Position numbers and translations under genes: made by a program
Shown: positions 36,706-49,635 of the stretch, piece after piece
How positions within the stretch are numbered: position 1 is the stretch's first letter
How the letters are laid out: the number at the start of each line of letters is the position of its first letter
Assembly (NCBI GenBank): GCA_028534125.1
Contig: CM052832.1
Coordinates: 6,698,001 to 6,762,000, forward strand
Direction of reading: 5' to 3'
Length of the DNA stretch: 64,000 nt
From: Lama glama
Lineage: Eukaryota
The notes under the pieces: model-generated
Told to the model about the DNA's origin: nothing
What the model saw: only the letters and a program-made list of their open reading frames with translations
Databases searched by the model: none

Positions 36706-38649
36706 CAGAAGCCTTCCAGAAACACTTACTGTGTTCCTGGCGCTGTGGGGGAAGCCTGAGAATTCCAAAACAGAGCTCAGACACAGTGGGGAGGACTGTC
36801 CTGCCCACCAGAGCACAACAGACGTGAGCCCACGGAAATAACGTGGGATGCCCGCAGCCTCCGTGGACAGAGCGACCCGGCCGTCTGGAGGGCTTTGTAA
36901 ATATCACCCTCGCCACCGACATCCTCGTCTCTCTCTCTTTAAGCCTCTTCTGCTTGCTTCCATGTCGCCTCATAGCTTTTAAAATTGCCTGCAGTGCTAG
37001 GATGATAACTCTGGAGTGGGGACATTCGGTGGAGTTACAAAGCATAGTTCTCTGGGCTTATAGGAACCCGGAGGGTGTCAGCGGATAGCCATTGGTCTAG
37101 AAGTGCCGGTGTGTCGGCTCTGCTCAGTAACGCACCTCAGCCACCGCCGTGGAGCTGGAACTCCTGGAGGGGAAGTGCCCCAAGTGGGCCAGGCAGACGG
37201 TGACTTCGGTGGAACTGTCTGTTGACAACTCCCCATTCGTCCGGCTCTTTGGACGTGGAAACTAGCCAGTCTTGGAGCCACCTGGCCCCTCGGATGTCAC
37301 ACTGCAGTTGACGCACTGCCCAGTTCTCACCACGTTCCCTTCCATCAGGTGGCATTTTGTACACAACGGCCTGACTCTGGAGCACGCTGGCTCCATCCGC
37401 AGGAATTACTGCCAGTGGTGGTGCCTACAAATCCCTCTTGACCACCTTAATAGCATATTCTGAGCACCTTGGTCACCAGAGTGGTGCTAGCCGTTCATGA
37501 CCAAAAAGTCCTCCAAATGAGAACAGGACTACACCCTGGTTGTGGGAACCACTGACTGGTTCAAGTTTTCTTTAAAAAAAAAAAAAAGTCAGCTTTTCAT
37601 TACATTTCTCATATACTGAATTGTTTTAACTGAGTTCAGTGCCTTGATTGGCTCATGAACCAACATACATTTTGATGCCATCTGGAGGCCCATCCTATGT
37701 ATCTTTGAGTCCTACAGCCATCCTAGGAGGGCCTAGACCTCATTTGAGATGCAGACAGGGAGGCCCAGAGTGAAGAAGGGACTTTCTCAATGACTGAATC
37801 CCATACAGCAGAATGTGTTGAATCTGTTCTTGCTGAAGCATCTCTATGTCTCTGTCTTTTAAAACCAGTGGTGTTAACTACATGTTGGTAAATATTGTCC
37901 TTCATCTGCACCTACTCTGTTTTAGCACTAGTGTGGAGAATTCTCATTTCCTCCTACAAGAAAGAAACATGGCCCAGATTTTCATTGTGGGACAAGATGT
38001 TTCAGCTTTCCCACGCCAGGCTTTTTTTTGTTTTGTTTTGTTTTCTTTTTTTGGCACTTCTGATTTTTTTTTCAATGATAATAAGAGTCTTGCTGCCCCT
38101 TTAGTTGCTAAAATCCGAGTTTAGATAGCGATCTGTCTTGTTTTGTCTTGTTTTAATTCAGGCTGAGCACTAGCTGGTGAATTTTGAAAACAGGATCCCA
38201 TTTTAGTTTTTTTTCTCCCAGCTAAATGAGATCTTTAGAGTGTGGTCATTTAACAGTGAAGTATGTGCCTAATCAGAGACAAAAATTCAAAGTTTTTTTT
38301 TCCCAGCTAGTGAGAACTCATAAGCTCTCAGACTCACATTCTTATTCACCCACTGTCTCTCGCTACTTCTCTCATCTATTCAGTGAGGGTGAGACCTACC
38401 GGCAGAGTTACTATTGAATGAGATGATGCAAACTAAATGTCTGGTACAGAGTAGGTTCCCAAGTGGTAACATTTTTATCATTGTTGCTGAGAGCAAGCCG
38501 ACTCAGGTTCTCTGTTGGGAACCACAAGTCCTAAAAATGTTTGCATTGGAGGGACCAGCACTGGTGCTCTTGAGAGCCGCATGCCTTGAGGATGTGACCC
38601 TGAGAAACCAGCCTTCAGAACGGCGCTGTTCAGATGATACGTTGGTTTC

Positions 38650-38985
38650 TGCGATAGACTGAATGTTTGTGTCCCCTCTTAATTCTGATCCCCAGTATGA
38701 TGGTATTTGCTGGGGGGACTTTGGCAGGTGCTGCCATCATGCGGGTGGAACTCATGGGACAAGTGCCCTTAGACTAGAGACCCCAGCCAGCTCCCTCACC
38801 CCTTCGCCCTGTGAAGGCACAGGGACCTCTGTGAAGAAGGAAGGGGGCCCTCGCCAGACCCAAGATCTGCCTGTGTCTCGATCTTGAACTGTCCAGTCTC
38901 CAGAACTGTGAGAAAAGAATTTCTGTTGTTTCTAAGCCACTCAGTCTACCGTCCTTTGTTGCAGCCGCCCAGATGGACAAAGACA
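38650..38985 (+). mobile_element. MLT1A-like MaLR solo LTR
   Basis: TG...CA termini, perfect 5-bp TSD GTTTC (38645-38649 / 38986-38990), and CTCCAGAACTGTGAGAA...AATTTCTGTTGTTT. Confidence 0.92.
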
Positions 38986-41646
38986 GTTTCTACTCTTTTT
39001 TTAAGTTGAGTAATTTTTAAAGAGAGAGTCTCCAGTTGGGATTAGTTTATTTCCCAAAGCGAGAGAGACCTGTGGCCTGTGAGAATGTTAAGGTTTCCCA
39101 AAATGAGAAAAAGTACTGACTGAGCGTAAGCACCCGTAGCCCTGCATTGAGAAAGTGGAACCATCAGCACAGAAGGCAGTTTGAAGTCAACAGCCTGTGC
39201 TGAACCTCTGGGAGCACCGTCCCTGGTTCGTATGATCCAGCCCTCCCGGCTGTCCCCAGCCCAGCCTCCTGACTTCGGACTAGTTGGACGAAGCCGCGAT
39301 GCTACTCCACTGCTTTCCACTGAGGGAATCTGTGATACATAAAACCAGCCGTATTCAGAATGAGGAGTGAACGTCAGCTAAGGTGGGAAAGCACATTAAA
39401 TATCTTACAGTATTGAAGGAAAGACCTTTTATAAATTAATTATTTTTAGCATTTTTATTCCCTTGTTAGCTGCTGAGAAGATCATCGTGTTTTGAAACCA
39501 CAATATTAATGTTGGACTCTGTGACAGGTCAGTGGAAAAGGCTTTGTAATGCAGCTCATGTAAGTTCACAGCTGTCTTCTGGGATATGTTGGACCTTCAG
39601 GTCTTGACTGTGGCTTTCCAGCCGGCTTGAGTCTGGTGGACTATTATGCAAGTAAAATTTGTTTCAAGGTGATCAACGAGTAGGTTCACTCACTTTGTCC
39701 CCTGCCTCTTTGGGGATGTCCTCACCCAAGACTCTTAGCTCTTCCTCTGCCCAGGGTTTGGGGCTCCAGGAATTAAAATCAAGTGATTTTCACAGAAAGC
39801 TAGGATTTATTCCTTCAACTGCTTTCAGCAGGAAGCCTTCTGAAAATGTGTTATACTCTTCTCCATCTTAATAAATTGCATAAATGAAGAAAATGGAGTT
39901 TTCTTAATCAACTCAAAGAATGAGAGACCATGAGTCTTTATCCCCATCAAGATGATTAGATCCACAGTGATAAATTTTTAGATGCACAGACAAGTCCGAA
40001 TTTAATTTGGGCGTTAGGAGAATCTGAAAAAATATGTGTCCTGTGCCTCTGTCGATGGGAAGTCCTAGCACTTCTTGGCATTTCTTCTCTACCCGATTTT
40101 GTTTTGGGTTTGAGTCTACCTATGTGGACAGGGCACTGGTTGTCATTTCCATAAGGACTCAGGCTTTGGGTTGGTGTGCATGCCTGCAGCCTGTAGGGGG
40201 TACTAAGGAGAGGAGCTGGTTTATACAGCCCCTTCTCTGCTCCGAGGCGGGAGGGCTGTGCTCTGATCACCCACTTTCTGAGAGCAGCCCCCTGCCTCAT
40301 TCCCTCTGAAGTGACAGGAGGCCGCATCTTCTCATCCTGAAGCCTGGCCGAGCCCATGCTGAGCCAATCAGTGTCGGCAGAACCTTTGCACTGAAATCCT
40401 TTCTTGCAAAATTGGATGCCACGCCAGGATGCCTGCTGCCATGAGAGGGGGCCAGCTCTGCAGAGCTGTGTGAGTTCAGGATCAGGCCCTTAAAACATGG
40501 TAAAGGGACAGTGCAAGGAGTATCAAGGCTTTATCACAAAGTTCCGTGAAGAGAGTTCAAAAATGAGAAAAAAAAAGAACTCTGGAGAGTTTTCACCATA
40601 GGCAAAGAAAATAAGGAATTTAAGAGTTTTTTTTTTCTTTTTCTTTTTTTTCTTTTGGTGGCTGCATCAGAGCATAATGGAAAAAGATAGGACTTGACCT
40701 CTTTGGGGCTTGGCTTCGAATCTCCTGTGGGTGACTGGTTACCTGTGTGGCCACTTCATTAAAAGTCGAAACTGATAGTGGGAAAGAATTACAGGAGATG
40801 CATTTTTTTAACTTACCGCGTAGGATGATGGTTCAGTGTTGGAATGAATCTTGTCATAGGTGGTTGGTAATTGTTTTATGCCATTTATCTTTTTCTGTAG
40901 ATTTTCAGAACATCAAAGTCACTTGTTCAGGGAATATTTATGTATGAATAAGAGGCCAAATGGTGAGTCACATGGCCTCTGGGTATCAGATAACTTTATC
41001 CCATGCCCTCCATTATGACTTAATTTTTCATGATTTATAGTGAAGATGAATTATTGAACATTTTAAAAGTTTATAATAAAATATTTACTTCCAAAAAGAT
41101 ACAAAGAATTACATACTGAGTAAATGCCATCTTAAGGAAGGAAAGAGAAATATAAGCATCTGTTCGTTGATTAGGTATCTTCAAAGTCAGAAGGGTCTAC
41201 TAAGAATTAATTAAACTCTCTGCCAAATGTAATTATTTTTAGGTGAGAGGGGAACATGTGATCCCAAAACATGCTATCAGAGAAAGTAATAAGAGATTAC
41301 ATTTCCTTGGTGAAATCTTTATTACATTCCAGCAAGTGGCCCTCCACTGGTTTTTTTTTTTTGGACTCAGAAAGCTGTCATCATCCATATTCCAAGAGTG
41401 ACTCAGTCTCTTTGAACCACATACATACCAAGCAAACTCATTTAAGAGAAGGATGTGTAAATCAGAAAGCCATTTCACTAACATGCAGTGCAGAATAGAA
41501 CCACCAAAGCAACTGGGTATCCACACGCTCCGACAGCCCTCTGCGCAGGGAGGTCCACATGGCAGGCTGCAGGCAACCCCAGGATTGCTTGGTGATCGTA
41601 AGCCAGAGCGATGGCTGTGTGCTTAGCAGCTGCGTGTTATGCTTAC

Positions 41647-42103
41647 TATATTCGTTTGCGAGGGCTGCCGTAACAACGTACCATAAAGCGGGTGGCTTGA
41701 AAAACAGAAATGCATTGTCTCACAGTTCTGGAGGCTAGATGTCTGAGATCAAGACGCTGGCAGGGTTGCTTTCTTGAGAGCCTGTGAGAATCTGTCCCAT
41801 GCCGCTCATCATCTAGCTTCCGGTGGTTTGCTGGCAATCTCTGGCATCCTTGGCTTGAAGAAGCATCATATGAATCTCTGCCCTCATCTTCAAATAGTGT
41901 GAAGTGTGTGTGTGTGTGTGTGTCCTCAAATTCCCCTTTTTATAAGGACACCAGTTGTGTTGAATTCGTGTCTACCCTAAGGACCTCATTTCAACTTGAT
42001 TACCTCTTTGAAAATCCTATCGTTCAAATAAGGCCACACCCTGCGGTACTAGAGGGTGGATTCCACCATATGTTTTGGGGGAGGCACACTCCGGCCCACG
42101 ACT
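41647..42103 (-). mobile_element. MLT1B/C-like MaLR LTR
   Basis: GGGCTGCCGTAACAA...TCTCACAGTTCTGGAGGCTAGA...TTATAAGGACACCAGT. Confidence 0.88.
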
Positions 42104-42489
42104 GTCGTGTGTCCACTGCTGTATTTGAGATGACCTGCAAGAGACTCAGCCATACCCAGTCCTGCGAGGACTGGCAACCCTTGCCTCTCTCTGACGTGCA
42201 GTTCCTGGCGGGGGCGTGGTGTCCAACCATTCTGAAAGGAGTAGCTTCAGATATGCTCACGGTCATGCTCAGGGCTCCAGATGGGGGACAGTTTTCAATT
42301 ACTTGCTTTATCACCTGACTGATAGCGACTTTTCACAATTTCATCCTCAGAAGCTCTTGTCATGTTTAACTTTTGAGGAAGACCGTGCTATTATCCTTGC
42401 ATAATTTATTTAAAAAATCCTATTCTAGTAAATGTCTATTTGTTATTCTGTTCAAGGTCTCACTATTACAAGCCATACTTCAGTGACAA

Positions 42490-42870
42490 TGGCCAACATT
42501 TATGGAGCATTTACTCTGTTCTAGGTACTACTCTTAAGTATTCTACACATATTAACTCATTTATAGTCCTCAGGACAAGATAAGGTGGCAGTTCAATATC
42601 ATCCTCATTTTTAACAGGCAAGGAAAATGAGACCCAGAGAGGTTCAGTGAGACAGAAGCAAGACTGGCTCCCAGGTGGTCTAGCTCCAGAGTCCATGTGC
42701 TTGAGCACTTAGTAATATCTCGCTGCTTCTTAGCCGTGCCAGCGTGGCAAGTCCTTCACTTATGCCAGTCTGTAAATGTGGAGGTAAACAACAGGACCTA
42801 CCTCATGAGATTGTTCACCTCTTAGAACCCTCGCTACCATATAGTAAGTGCTCAGTAAGTGTTAGCAAAA
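42490..42870. mobile_element. Two adjacent MIRs in opposite orientation (about 42490-42710 minus, 42740-42870 plus)
   Basis: AACATTTATGGAGCATTTACTCTGT...CCTCATTTTTAACAG for the first; TCTGTAAATGTGG...CCTACCTCATGAG...ATAGTAAGTGCTCAGTAA for the second. Confidence 0.75.
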
Positions 42871-42879
42871 ATTTTTTTT

Positions 42880-43090
42880 GAAACCTGACAGGACCAAGTG
42901 TTGGTGAGGATGTGGAGGAAGCTGAACTCTCAGACGGAGCCGGTGGGGATGTAAAATGGCACAACCACTATAGTAAATAACCTGGAAATTCTCACAAGAT
43001 CAAATGTACATGTACCAGGGGACCGACAACTCCACTTCTAGGTATTTACTCAAGAGAAATAAAAACATATATCCAAAAAAGAAAAAAAAA
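42880..43090 (+). mobile_element. Old L1M ORF2 C-terminal fragment
   Basis: CAAGTGTTGGTGAGGATGTGGAG...TGTAAAATGGCACAACCACT...CCACTTCTAGGTATTTACTCAAGAGAAAT. Confidence 0.8.
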
Positions 43091-43434
43091 GTCTTAGCAA
43101 AACCGATCCCCTCTTCTTCTGGTTCCCCTGCCCCACCCCAAATGGGGAAACTGGAATCCAGCCCAGATAGGGAGTTCCTAACTCTTGCCCAAGGGTTGGC
43201 CTCATAGTCCATGTGTGTTGCTGTTGATAAAAATCTGCCCCATTTCTTTTCCTGATCCTGTTTCCTTCCTTCCTTCCCTCCTGTTTCATTGGAAGAAGTA
43301 TTTCTTCTTTGGCCTAAGAGGACACTTAGGACTGGATCCTCTCTCTGCAGCCTTCTTGGATCCATCACTTCCTGCTACCCTCCTCTCCTGCCTTCCAGTT
43401 CAGCTTCCATGTCACAGATAAGTTCATACTGCCC

Positions 43435-44230
43435 TTTTAAATAATAACTTTAGAACATAAAAGTGATCCATGCTCATACCATTTTTTCTAAAACCTAGGG
43501 AAATGCCTTGGAAACTAACAAAGATAGTAAAAGTTTTTCATTATCTTAAAACTCAGATATAACCAATTTTAACATATGGATGCATTTTCTTCCAGGTTAA
43601 AAAAAAATGCATGTATAGTTTTTTTTTTTTTTCTGATCACCTTTGGGGTCATGCTCCCTGTAGCACTTTATTGCTTGATTTCTTCACACAACGCACAGTA
43701 CACTATCCCACTTCATTAAAAATACATTTTAAAATATTATTTTGATGACCAGCTCATACTCCAGAAAACATAACAAATGAACCAGAATTTAACTGTTCCT
43801 CTATTGGGGAGCATTTGTATTGTGTCCTTTTTAGAAAAAGCATTTAAATTGACACTGAGTGAACAGCTTTGTCTTTGAATCTGTAATTCTTACCTCTCAT
43901 TATTTCCTTTGGATCCACTGCGAGAAGTGGGATTACTGGGTTTAAGAATGTGACTATTTCTGAAGTCTTTGATGTGTTTTACCCAGTAGCTGCCCAGAAA
44001 AGAGGTGACCAGTTATTCCCTCTGTCACGTTTGAGGCTGAATGTCTCACTCACACTTGATAGAATTGAATGTTCGCATTTAAGTAGTGGATTTTCTGATT
44101 CAGTAATCGAAAATGAAAACTGGGTGTTTTCTAAAGGAAGTTGAACATGTTTTTATATGTCTATTAGCTAGAGCTGTTTCTTATTGAAATTGCCTATTCA
44201 TGTTTTCAGTTTTTACATTAAGATTTTAGT
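43435..44230 (-). mobile_element. Old L1ME-type fragment
   Basis: TATTTCCTTTGGATCC...GAGAAGTGGGATTACTGGGTT...GTTGAACATGTTTTTATATGTCTATTAG. Confidence 0.65.
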
Positions 44231-45269
44231 TACTCAATTATTATTCATAATATCATTATTTTTGTGAGTGAGCAGTCATTCTGAAATTCAAGCCTTGCTT
44301 AAAAAATCCTTTGCTGTTCCCTCTGTCTCTCAGGGCGAAGTTGAAATCCCCTAGCTTGGCACACAGAGCATCCCCTATCACCTTGCCCGCCCTTCTGCAC
44401 TGAGCTGCACACAAATACACCACAGGCTATTCTGAACTCTTGCCAGTTCTGACAATAATGCACTTGTTTTTTGTGCCTCGTGTCTGTGCACCATGCTCTT
44501 TCTTCTGCCCCAATCACCGTTCTCCACCTGCCCCCTGATTGGCCGAGCAAACTGCCACTCATCTTCAGACTCACTTAGGAGTCATCTCCCTTGGGTGGGA
44601 ACTGCCCTTGACCGATCTGAATTATGAATCCCTCTTCTGTGCCCTGCTAGCATCTGGGAAAGCCTTTTTCTTAGCCCTCACCACACCAGACTTCCCTTCC
44701 TGTTCTCAAAGAGGGCAAGTCTTGTGTTTCTGCTTCTCTAGGGCCTAACTCTACTTAGAAGATAGTGGATACACATAAAGACTGAAGAAATAGAGGAAAG
44801 GATGCAGGAAGCTGTTATGCTCCATCTTTTTAAAAAAGCTTATCTCAATCTGAATTTCTCATCCGAGCAATATAATATGTGTAAGTTCTGGCCCTTCATC
44901 TGTCCACGTAGGCAGAGCTCTAGCATTTTGCTAATTTATTAAAGCCCCTGTACATAGAATGTATGGTCACTACACATCTAGGGTCTATGCTTCCCCATGA
45001 AGTTGTGGAAAAAGAATTCTTTGGCAAGGATTTAATTATCTCCAAAATTCACTTACTGTTAAGCACAAGGAGTTGGAAATTATAACTTCATGAGGTCAGT
45101 TACCACAGCATTTGATGGAAGCTTAGCTGGAAGGAGAACATAGATGCTAAAAGCATAAAGAATGGTGGGAGAATGGAGGATAGATGGATGGATGGATGGA
45201 AGGAAAATAGATTTAAAGTTTACCTGCTGAGTAGAAAACATGTTCATTTGAAAAGATAAATTTACCCAC

Positions 45270-45637
45270 TGCCTTAGTCCATTCAGGCTGACATAACAAA
45301 ATATCATAAATTGGATGGCTTATAAACAATAAATACTTATTTCTCATGTTTCTGGAGGCTGGAAAGTTCAAGACCACGGTGCTGGCAGATTTGGTATCTG
45401 GTGAGAGCCTGCTTCTTCAAAAGCAGCCATCTTCTCTCTAACCTCATATGGCAGAAGTGGACTTGGGAGCTCTGTGGGGGTCTCTTTTACAAGGGCACTA
45501 ATCCCGTTCATGAGGGCTTCCCCCTCATGACCTAATCACCTCCCAAAGGCTCCACCTCCTAATACCATCACATTGGGCACTAGGTTTCAACATATGAATT
45601 TGGGGATGGGGCAGGTGGGGATATTGAGACCACATCA
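45270..45637 (-). mobile_element. MLT1A-like MaLR LTR
   Basis: TTAGTCCATTCAGGCTG...CCTCATGACCTAATCACCTCCCAAAGGCTCCACCTCCTAATACCATCACATTGGG. Confidence 0.92.
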
Positions 45638-47934
45638 TTCTGTTATCTAAGAATGCTTCTGTAGCATTGCAGACCATTTAAGGTTCAATTAAGTGACATG
45701 CTAAAATAAAAAATAATAATGAAGGCTCCAAAAGAGAAACTGACAAAATGTTGCTGTGCAATTAGGGCAAAACAACAACTACAAAAAATCCCCAATCCTT
45801 CCCAAGGATCCGTCAAAAGAACAGCATAATGAGAACATCCCTAAATCAATTAATTATATTAGGAAGCCAAGATTCACATTTTAAACACATTTGTCTTGGA
45901 GGAAATTGAAACGATCATTGCATATGCCTATAACTTACTTGATCAATTTGCTTAATGATTTGGAAACCAACCAATCTTTTAAGTGTAGAGTCAGCCAAGT
46001 TTGTCAATGTCTGTAGCCTCACCTCTTCGCAGCTTTCAAGCACTGCCCTTTTATTCTCCTCCCTACAGAACAGGAAAGAACAGAGGTTGGCGTGACACCA
46101 GTTGCCTGATGGACTCACCACAATCTAGTGTAATAAGATCGCTGATGGGGCAGTTTCAGGAGGTATTTGCATCTTAAGCCTTCTAGTTCCAATTTTGGAG
46201 TGTAAGAAATGTTAGGCCTCAGTCAGCATCGGAAAGATCTGAGCTGTTTGTGCCGAATACTGTCTGCTCATTCATGCCTCTGAGCCTTTGCAAGTGCTGG
46301 TCTGTCTGCCTAAAACAACCCTTCACCACTTCAATTACCTCCCCAATGGCTGGTGATGCCTGGTGGATAAAGAAAGTGGATATACCATCGGATAATAGAA
46401 GGTCCTTCATAGGCAGGCATCAGGCACAGCAAACTGCATCTCAGGGACAGATGTGTCCTTGGGAGACATTGATGACAGGAGTTCTAATAACGTAAAGCTG
46501 CAGAACTGCAGAACATTGGTGGTTATGAAATGGACTGTTTTGTGCTCAGTAAAGGTGACCTTGCTGTGGGGGGATCATAGAATTTAAAGCACATATTTGT
46601 GTGAATTTTTTTCTAGTGATCAAGAAAAAGACACAAGGTATCATTCAGTTGCCTTCCGGAAGGACCCTCAACTCTGAGCTTTTAGGTCAAAGCCCTTTGG
46701 TGCTTGGCGGGGGAAGATTCCGCACGCGAGTGGCTCCAGGTTGCACTGGCTCTGTGGACAGCAGTCCTTCCGTCACTGGCCGCAGCATAAAGAAGACACA
46801 CTCACTTCTCCTCCTCGTTTCCTCACCCACCTACCCCTCCTCCTACCCTTCTTGCCTTTCTTTAAAAAGCCAAAATCACATCAGTGAAAACACTGGTTAA
46901 CATACTTAATGTCTTCCAGGTCAGCTGCATTCCGCTCTCTTCTTTCTGTTGTTGAGTGTTTAAGATATAAAATAAGACTTCTTAGAAACCCACTGGTTAA
47001 ACTTTTCTTTTTCTTATTTCATCATCAAAGCCGCTCTTGTCCTCTTCTTCCCTTTTCTGGCCCTCAGCAAGCTGCTTTTCATGACTCTGATCCTTTAATT
47101 CCTCCGACTCATCAAATTTCAACTTGTCCATTGGGTCCAGAGTGTCACTGGGCCAGTTACTGGACATTGCTTTGTGGACTAGTGCTGGTCGTGCTTCCTC
47201 TTACGCTTTTAGGGCAGAGACTGGGAGGATATAGTAGAATGCCACTTTTACTATTCCCTGTGAGTTGTAATCAGGATTTCAAATTCTACCCACAAATTCT
47301 ATAATTTCCTCAAATTAATTTGACTTCAACCCTATCATCAAGCTCTTGTGACCGTATTTCTCATACTTATGTGGACTGGAGGAGATACCATTCTTTCTTT
47401 CAAGTTTCTATCTTCATGTTTTGAGTCACATAGCTTTGACTTGTGCCTATTAACTTGACAGCACCATATTAATACTGCTCTAATGATTCATTTCCCTCTA
47501 CGCTTCTCCTGGGTTTGCAAGATAGACTTTTTTCCCCTGAAAAAAAAAAATTTTAGTCACAACAACTTACTGGTATTTAAAATTGTTCTCGAACAATCAT
47601 TTATGGAAAATTTAAGGGTGACATGACTATTATGAGAGGGGGAAAAAGAGTTCAAATAAAGTTCAATGCCGCAGAGTTTCCTCTGTCACTGAATAGAACT
47701 ATCAACCGAGAACAGATAAAGTGGCCTCCTGTAATCTTCGTCCCAATTAGGCTTTCAGGATTTTTCTCTTTCTCGTCATTTAGCATCGTAGCACTGACTT
47801 CTCATGCTGATGGCCCAAGATATCATAATTGCTATTTTCATATACACTGTTGGAACTTCTTCCTTAATCTGCATTACTTCATGATTGCCTGTATTGTTCC
47901 TTCATATCCCAAGCGTACTAGATGGATAAAAATC

Positions 47935-48000
47935 TTGGATTAGGGTACAGGCTAAGGCACTGTGAAACAGAACTAAAGATGTTTGCCTTACATAAGATAG

Positions 48001-48052
<52 letters not shown>

Positions 48053-48360
48053 ATAACCGTTGGAGGTAGCTGACAGTCCATGGTGGGTCAGTAACTTTGC
48101 TCCACAGTGTCATCCAGGGGTCCCAGCAGCAAACCTTGCCATGTTTCAGACTTCCCTCCACCTCTGAGTCCAAGGTGGCTGACTGCTCCAGTTTTCTTTA
48201 TTTTCTAGTCTAGGAGAAAGAAAAACATACGAGGACAACCAAGTTTCTTTCATGCATCACTTCCTCTTTTATCCCATTGGCTCAAACGTAGTATCATGAC
48301 CATATTTAGCTGCAAAAGAGGCTGGGACATGTAGTCTCTAGATGAGTAGCCATCTTCCCA
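47935..48360 (-). mobile_element. MLT1J-like MaLR LTR with embedded (GT)n at 48003-48047
   Basis: CATCACTTCC...ATCCCATTGGCTCAAAC...TAGCTGCAAAAGAGGCTGGGACATGTAGTCT. Confidence 0.7.
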
Positions 48361-49039
48361 GATTCTCAGCGTTAGAATCCAAGTCATCCAGTATTAGAAT
48401 CCTCTAATCAACCTCTAATTATCCACGATTCTAGGTGTATAGAAGGTGGGTGAATGCAAAACCTGCCTTTACAGGTGGGCAGTGGGGGTGAAAGGTGAAA
48501 TGAAAACCCATTTCTGCACGATGCCAGGTAGGGTACTGTGGCTCGGAATTGCTACCTGCAGCATCAGTCTGGGTGCACGTTGGAGGCCTTAGTGCTCGGG
48601 ATCAGTGAACTTCCCTTCCAGGGAGAGTTCTGGGTCCACACAAAGCTCCTCCCAGTCTCTGCCGCTGCCAGCCATCTCCCGGATGACCACAGGGGGGGTG
48701 TTCTCTGCCTGGTTGTGTTCTGGAGGTGCCTTTTCTAATTTCCTTATTCAGCTCCCAGAGAGAAGCCGTTGGAATGTTCTCTGGTTTCCCAGAAATCCAG
48801 TACATGTCTTTAGCTTCTCAAAACTCAGAGCCATCCAGTCTTACCAGCCATCTTTGTTTTGGCCAGAATGGAACATGATGCCTTCTGCTTCTCCTTGCTG
48901 TCATAGATTTCTGCTAGTTGTCCTCGGAATTCTATATTACTGACTGCCTTTATGGGAACTGTCATAGCCTGACTTTCCCAGCAACAAGAAGAGAGATGCA
49001 TGACAGATAATGGCTACTTAACAACAGCTGCTGCTGGAC

Positions 49040-49216
49040 CATAGCATCCTCTACATAGGAACTTTCCCCAGCTCATCTTTAATTCTCACAGCAACCATGC
49101 AAGAGAGTCATTATTGTCCCATTTTACAGATTATAAAACTGTGACCCAAAGAGTGCGCTCCTTACCTAACACCTGGTAAAGGGCACAGCCCGAATTCAAG
49201 TCTGTCTGACTTCAGA
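49040..49216 (-). mobile_element. MIR SINE
   Basis: ATTCTCACAGCAACC...ATTATTGTCCCATTTTACAGAT...TCTGTCTGACTTCAGAG. Confidence 0.8.
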
Positions 49217-49332
49217 GCTGCTTCTAGACAAAGGAGTGAAGGAAGACATTGCCCACAGTCAAATTCGGGGTGTGGTTATTTTCAAGCAGCTGGAACAATG
49301 CACCGGTAAATACTTGTTGGGCGTCTGCTCCA

Positions 49333-49635
49333 GGAGTCTTTCTCAAATTTGACCCATAGGTCCCCCGCATCGGAATCACATGGGCCCCCTCCCAGAGCCG
49401 CCCGTTTAGAACGGCTGTGTCTGTGACTTGGGAGTTGATATCGTTAACAGCTCTCCCAGGTGATTCTTCCATTCCCTGAGAGTTTTACCAGATCCAAAGC
49501 CAAGAGCAGTGTTTCTCCAACTGTGATCTTGTGCTGCTTGTATCAGATCACTTAGCGTGATGGTATAAAGTGCAGAGTCCTGGACTCCACTCCTGGGAAT
49601 ACGGTGGGGCTGAATATCAATGTATATTTTAAATG
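49333..49635 (+). mobile_element. Two degenerate MER5-like fragments
   Basis: CATCGGAATCAC...CTCCCAGGTGATTCTT and CAGTGTTTCTCCAACTGTG...ATCAGATCAC. Confidence 0.55.

Noticed and set aside
36467..37045. 192-aa minus-strand ORF
   Set aside because: Overlaps an L2 remnant and has no recognisable domain.
46997..47167. 56-aa charged minus-strand ORF (MSSNWPSDTLDPMDKLKFDESEELKDQ...RKRKV)
   Set aside because: The E/K richness is explained by purine skew; no recognised homolog, poly-A/TSD or promoter.
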